Of a stretch of DNA of 64,000 nt, positions 59,735-64,000 are shown one piece after another. The position numbers and the translations under genes are program-made. The stretch is from assembly GCF_029227855.1 (NCBI RefSeq), contig NZ_CP074356.1. One strand, given 5' to 3'. The notes beneath the pieces are model-generated. The model made no database searches. It saw only the letters and a list, made by a program, of their open reading frames with translations, and was not told where the DNA came from. Position 1 is the first letter of the stretch. Each line of letters begins with the position of its first letter. This DNA comes from Escherichia coli. Lineage in GTDB: Bacteria > Pseudomonadota > Gammaproteobacteria > Enterobacterales > Enterobacteriaceae.

Positions 59735-61636
59735 ATGTCAACCGGATTACGTTTCACACTGGAAGTGGACGGCCTGCCGCCGGATGCTTTTGCGGTGGTT
59801 TCCTTTCATCTGAACCAGTCACTCTCTTCGCTCTTTTCCCTCGATCTCTCCCTGGTCAGCCAGCAGTTTCTCTCCCTTGAATTTGCGCAGGTGCTGGACA
59901 AAATGGCCTACCTGACGATATGGCAGGGCGATGAAGTACAGCGCCGGGTGAAAGGCGTGGTGACCTGGTTTGAACTCGGGGAGAACGACAAAAACCAGAT
60001 GCTGTACAGCATGAAGGTGCACCCGCCGCTGTGGCGTGCCGGTCTGCGCCAGAACTTCCGTATCTTCCAGAACGAGGACATCAAAAGCATCCTCGGCACG
60101 ATGTTGCAGGAAAACGGGGTGACCGAATGGAGTCCGCTGTTCAGCGAGCCGCATCCTTCCCGTGAGTTTTGTGTCCAGTACGGTGAGACTGATTACGATT
60201 TCCTGTGCCGGATGGCGGCGGAGGAAGGCATCTTCTTTTATGAGGAGCATGCTTACAAAAGTACCGACCAGAGCCTGGTGCTGTGCGACACAGTCCGCCA
60301 TCTGCCCGAATCTTTTGAAATCCCATGGAACCCGAACACCCGTACCGAGGTGAGCACCCTCTGCATCAGCCAGTTCCGCTACAGCGCACAAATCCGCCCT
60401 TCTTCCGTGGTGACCAAAGACTACACCTTTAAACGCCCCGGCTGGGCCGGACGTTTTGAACAGGAAGGCCAGCACCAGGACTACCAGCGCACGCAGTATG
60501 AAGTGTATGACTACCCCGGACGTTTCAAGGGTGCCCACGGGCAGAACTTTGCCCGCTGGCAGATGGACGGCTGGCGAAACAATGCAGAAACCGCGCGGGG
60601 AATGAGTCGCTCGCCGGAGATATGGCCGGGACGACGAATTGTGCTGACGGGGCATCCGCAGGCGAACCTGAACCGGGAATGGCAGGTGGTGGCAAGTGAA
60701 CTGCACGGCGAACAGCCACAGGCGGTGCCAGGACGGCAGGGAGCGGGGACGGCGCTGGAGAACCATTTTGCGGTGATCCCGGCAGACAGAACATGGCGAC
60801 CACAGCCGTTGCTGAAACCGCTGGTCGACGGCCCGCAGAGCGCTGTCGTGACAGGACCGGCAGGCGAGGAAATCTTCTGCGACGAACATGGTCGCGTGCG
60901 GGTGAAGTTCAACTGGGACCGCTATAACCCGTCAAACCAGGACAGTTCGTGCTGGATCCGTGTGGCACAGGCGTGGGCAGGCACCGGTTTTGGCCACCTG
61001 GCGATACCGCGTGTGGGTCAGGAGGTGATTGTAGACTTCCTCAACGGCGATCCGGACCAGCCGATCATTATGGGGCGCACCTACCACCAGGAAAACCGCA
61101 CCCCCGGCAGCCTGCCGGGAACAAAGACGCAGATGACCATCCGCTCCAAAACGTACATGGGCAGCGGATTTAATGAGCTGAAGTTTGATGATGCGACAGG
61201 GAGAGAACAGGTCTACATCCACGCGCAGAAGAACATGGATACCGAAGTGCTCAACGACCGTACCACCACCGTAAAACACGATCACCACGAAACCGTAAAA
61301 AATGACCAGACGGTCACGATCCAGGAAGGTAACCGCCTTCTTACGGTGGAAAAAGGCCACAAGATCACCGGAGTACTGAAAGGGTCTTTATCTGAGGATG
61401 TCTTTCAGGACAGAGGCACGATTGCCGGTTCGGTGCATGTTGACGCTGTAAACAATGGTGGCGAAGGCGACGGTATACAGGCTTATACGGCGATTAAGGA
61501 AATTTTGCTGGCCGTGGAGGAAAGCAAAATTGCGCTGACGCCGGATGGCATTCAGCTACAGGTCGGGGAATCGACGGTAATCAGGCTGTCGAAGGATGGC
61601 ATCACCATCGTGGGCGGTTCTGTTTTCATCAACTGA
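59735..61636 (+). CDS. vgrG: Type VI secretion spike protein VgrG (gp27/gp5-like), 633 aa, no C-terminal effector extension
   Basis: ORF track 59735..61636 with GGAGG Shine-Dalgarno; MSTGLRFTLEVDGLPPDAFAVVSFHLNQSLSSLFSLDLSLVS... N-terminus is the VgrG signature; followed by a DUF1795 gene and a PAAR-Rhs gene. Confidence 0.85.
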   Translation: MSTGLRFTLEVDGLPPDAFAVVSFHLNQSLSSLFSLDLSLVSQQFLSLEFAQVLDKMAYLTIWQGDEVQRRVKGVVTWFELGENDKNQMLYSMKVHPPLWRAGLRQNFRIFQNEDIKSILGTMLQENGVTEWSPLFSEPHPSREFCVQYGETDYDFLCRMAAEEGIFFYEEHAYKSTDQSLVLCDTVRHLPESFEIPWNPNTRTEVSTLCISQFRYSAQIRPSSVVTKDYTFKRPGWAGRFEQEGQHQDYQRTQYEVYDYPGRFKGAHGQNFARWQMDGWRNNAETARGMSRSPEIWPGRRIVLTGHPQANLNREWQVVASELHGEQPQAVPGRQGAGTALENHFAVIPADRTWRPQPLLKPLVDGPQSAVVTGPAGEEIFCDEHGRVRVKFNWDRYNPSNQDSSCWIRVAQAWAGTGFGHLAIPRVGQEVIVDFLNGDPDQPIIMGRTYHQENRTPGSLPGTKTQMTIRSKTYMGSGFNELKFDDATGREQVYIHAQKNMDTEVLNDRTTTVKHDHHETVKNDQTVTIQEGNRLLTVEKGHKITGVLKGSLSEDVFQDRGTIAGSVHVDAVNNGGEGDGIQAYTAIKEILLAVEESKIALTPDGIQLQVGESTVIRLSKDGITIVGGSVFIN

Positions 61637-61663
61637 TTCACTCAGATTATCAGGGAGTATTTT

Positions 61664-62125
61664 ATGCAGTTCACTTTTAATGAAGGCCACATTCAACTGC
61701 CGTCTCAATGGCAGGATCAGTCAATGCAGGTCCTGGTGTCCACAGATAACAGTGGCATCAACCTGGTCATTACCCGCGAAGCCGTTCCACAGGGAACCCT
61801 GACACCAGAGCTGTACCAGGAAACGCTGGCGCTGTACCAGGGCAAACTTGATGGGTACACCGAACATGCCTGCCGGGAAATCACTCTGGCAGAGGCCCCG
61901 GCCTGGCTGCTGGATTATTCCTGGAACGGTCCGGAAGATGAGGGGAATCAGGGGCGGATTAGCCAGATAGCCGTATTCCAGCGGCGTGGAGATACGCTGC
62001 TGACCTTCACTTTCAGCACCTCCTTATCCCTGAAGAACAGTCAAAAGACGATGCTGCTGGAGGTGATAAAGAGCTTCACCCCGTTGCCACCGGAGAATGA
62101 CATCCAAAAGGACCAGCCGCGCTGA
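61664..62125 (+). CDS. DUF1795 / Eag-family (EagR-like) chaperone for a prePAAR Rhs effector, 153 aa
   Basis: ORF track 61664..62125, MQFTFNEGHIQLPSQWQDQSMQVLVSTDNSGINLVITREAV...; size, N-terminal pattern and position between vgrG and a prePAAR-Rhs gene fit Eag chaperones. Confidence 0.7.
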   Translation: MQFTFNEGHIQLPSQWQDQSMQVLVSTDNSGINLVITREAVPQGTLTPELYQETLALYQGKLDGYTEHACREITLAEAPAWLLDYSWNGPEDEGNQGRISQIAVFQRRGDTLLTFTFSTSLSLKNSQKTMLLEVIKSFTPLPPENDIQKDQPR

Positions 62126-62144
62126 CATAAACGAGGGATAACAC

Positions 62145-64000
62145 ATGAGTGAAGGACCAGGCGGGCCACAGGGAGCGACCGCAGGCGGTACGCTGGCAAT
62201 GCGAATGCTGTCACAGCAGGCGATGGTCGCCAGCCAGATGAAACGGGCAGCCAACGACAAAGCCATTGCACAGATGCTGGCATCAAAAAAGTCCGGCCCC
62301 CCCGCCGCCAGGCTGGGCGATGAAATTCAGCACAAGAGTTTTTTGGGGGCGCTGGCAGGGGCCGTGCTGGGGGCGATAGTGACCATCGCAGAAGGTTGCC
62401 TGATTATGGCCGCCTGTGCCACCGGCCCTTATGCGCTGGTTCTGGTGCCTGCGCTGATGTATGCCAGCTATAAGGCGAGTGATTATGTGGAGGAGAAACA
62501 GAACCAGCTTGAATCATGGATAAACAGCTTTTGTGACACGGACGGCGCCATCAATACCGGTTCTGAAAATGTAAACATTAACGGAAAGCCCGCTGCCAGG
62601 GCCGCCGTCACCCTTCCCCCTCCTCCCCCACCTGGAGCAATACCTGAAATCCCACAGGGGGAACCCTCATGGGGTGATATTGCCACTGACCTGCTTGAAT
62701 CGGCAGCGGAAAAAGCAGTACCACTGGCGAAGGCCTGGGGGAACGCTGTTATCACCCTGACGGACAGCAATGCCGGTTTTATGGATCGCGTCAGCGCCGG
62801 CGCATCGCTTCTGTTTCCCGCCGGTCCGGTATTAATGGAGTTTGCCACCATGGTGGGCGGGCGTGGCGAAATCAAAAAAGATGTGGATTTCCCGGAAGCC
62901 GGTGAGGACACGGCGCTCTGCGACAAGGAGAACAAACCACCGAGGATAGCCCAGGGCAGCAGCAACGTCTTTATCAACAATCAGCCCGCCGCGCGCAAGG
63001 GCGACAAACTGGAGTGCAGCGCGGCAATCGTGGAAGGTTCGCCGGACGTCTTTATTGGCGGTGAACAGGTGACCTATCTGGATATCCAGCCAGAGTTCCC
63101 GCCGTGGCAGAGAATGATCCTGGGGGGAATAACGATAGCCAGCTATCTTCTGCCGCCAGCGGGACTGCTGGGAAAACTGAAGAATCTGGCGAGACTCGGC
63201 AAACTGGGGAACCTGCTGGGGAAAAGCGGGAAGCTGCTGGGGGCAAAGCTCGGCGCGTTGCTGGGAAAAACAGATAAGTCGTTAAAAAGTATTGCCAATA
63301 AAGTCATCAGATGGGTAACAGATCCTGTCGATCCGGTAACCGGCGCGTACTGCGACGAACGTACCGACTTTACGCTGGGCCAGACCCTCCCCCTCTCCTT
63401 CACCCGTTTCCACAGTTCTGTACTGCCGCTGCATGGCCTGACCGGCGTGGGCTGGAGCGACTCCTGGAGCGAATACGCCTGGGTGCGTGAACAGGGAAAC
63501 CGGGTGGATATCATCAGCCAGGGAGCCACGCTGAACTTCGCCTTCGACGGTGACAGTGATACGGCGGTTAACCCGTATCACGCCCAGTACATTCTGCGCC
63601 GCCGCGATGATTATCTGGAGCTGTTCGACAGGGATGCACTGAGCAGCCGCTTCTTTTATGACGCCTTTCCGGGAATGCGTCTGCGCCACCCGGTGACTGA
63701 CGATACCAGCGATGACCGCCTGGCACACAGCCCCAATGACCGGATGTACATGCTGGGCGGGATGAGCGACACCGCCAGCAACCGCATCACGTTTGAGCGC
63801 GACAGCCAGTACCGGATCACAGGTGTCAGTCACACCGACGGGATCCGGCTTAAACTGACGTACCACGCCAGCGGCTACCTGAAAGCCATTCACCGCACGG
63901 ATAACGGCATACAGACGCTGGCGACCTACGAACAGGATGCGCGGGGGCGGCTGACAGAAGCGGATGCGCGGCTGGACTACCACCTGTTTTATGAGTACGA
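62145..64000 (+). CDS. Rhs-family T6SS effector, N-terminal part (prePAAR motif, two TM helices, PAAR domain, start of RHS repeat core); partial, continues beyond window end
   Basis: Own translation from ATG 62145 (GAGGG Shine-Dalgarno): MSEGPGGPQG...AARLGDEIQH (prePAAR AARxxDxxxH) ...FLGALAGAVLGAIVTIAEGCLIMAACATGPYALVLVPALMYASY... PAAR-like INGKPAARA / NVFINNQPAARKGDKLECS ... RWVTDPVDPVTGAY (RHS core start); no stop before position 64000. Confidence 0.85.
   Translation, partial: MSEGPGGPQGATAGGTLAMRMLSQQAMVASQMKRAANDKAIAQMLASKKSGPPAARLGDEIQHKSFLGALAGAVLGAIVTIAEGCLIMAACATGPYALVLVPALMYASYKASDYVEEKQNQLESWINSFCDTDGAINTGSENVNINGKPAARAAVTLPPPPPPGAIPEIPQGEPSWGDIATDLLESAAEKAVPLAKAWGNAVITLTDSNAGFMDRVSAGASLLFPAGPVLMEFATMVGGRGEIKKDVDFPEAGEDTALCDKENKPPRIAQGSSNVFINNQPAARKGDKLECSAAIVEGSPDVFIGGEQVTYLDIQPEFPPWQRMILGGITIASYLLPPAGLLGKLKNLARLGKLGNLLGKSGKLLGAKLGALLGKTDKSLKSIANKVIRWVTDPVDPVTGAYCDERTDFTLGQTLPLSFTRFHSSVLPLHGLTGVGWSDSWSEYAWVREQGNRVDIISQGATLNFAFDGDSDTAVNPYHAQYILRRRDDYLELFDRDALSSRFFYDAFPGMRLRHPVTDDTSDDRLAHSPNDRMYMLGGMSDTASNRITFERDSQYRITGVSHTDGIRLKLTYHASGYLKAIHRTDNGIQTLATYEQDARGRLTEADARLDYHLFYEY

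Noticed and set aside
59819-60889. 356-aa minus-strand ORF opposite vgrG, and similar minus-strand ORFs at 62483-62980 and 63282-63983 opposite rhs
   Set aside because: Antisense shadows in GC-rich island DNA; the sense-strand products carry clear VgrG and PAAR/RHS signatures.
58999-64000. vgrG region as a prophage or integrative element
   Set aside because: No integrase, tRNA attachment site, or phage structural/lysis genes; the content is a T6SS spike-chaperone-effector cassette.

Overview
This 64-kb window is an Escherichia coli-type chromosomal segment, collinear with the K-12 cit / ahp / ent-fep / cus region but read in the opposite orientation to K-12 numbering. All calls rest on reading the six-frame translations and the raw sequence; no database search was run. 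Left to right: the 5' two-thirds of dpiB (citA, minus strand, ORF runs off the window start), the citrate lyase operon citCDEFXG-citT, rna, an IS200 copy, rnk, uspG, ahpCF, dsbG, ybdO, ybdN-ybdM, ybdL, ybdH, ybdD-cstA, the complete enterobactin synthesis and ferric-enterobactin transport cluster (entH-A-B-E-C, fepB, entS, fepDGC, fepE, entF, ybdZ, fes, fepA, entD), two tandem hok/sok-type toxin loci, ybdK, ybdJ, ybdF, nfsB, ybdG, a second inverted IS200 copy, pheP, cusCFBA and cusRS. The window ends with a GC-rich type VI secretion effector module (vgrG, a DUF1795/Eag-type chaperone gene, and the 5' 1.85 kb of a prePAAR-PAAR-Rhs gene) behind a 736-bp AT-rich junction. Differences from the K-12 layout that I can see directly: two near-identical IS200 copies in inverted orientation about 38 kb apart, absence of ybdR between rnk and uspG, a tandem duplication of the hokE-type locus with no IS186, and the vgrG-eag-rhs island next to cusS. 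The most interesting candidates are the vgrG-eag-rhs module (its toxin and immunity genes lie beyond the window end) and the duplicated hok loci. No rRNA, tRNA, CRISPR array or prophage was found.
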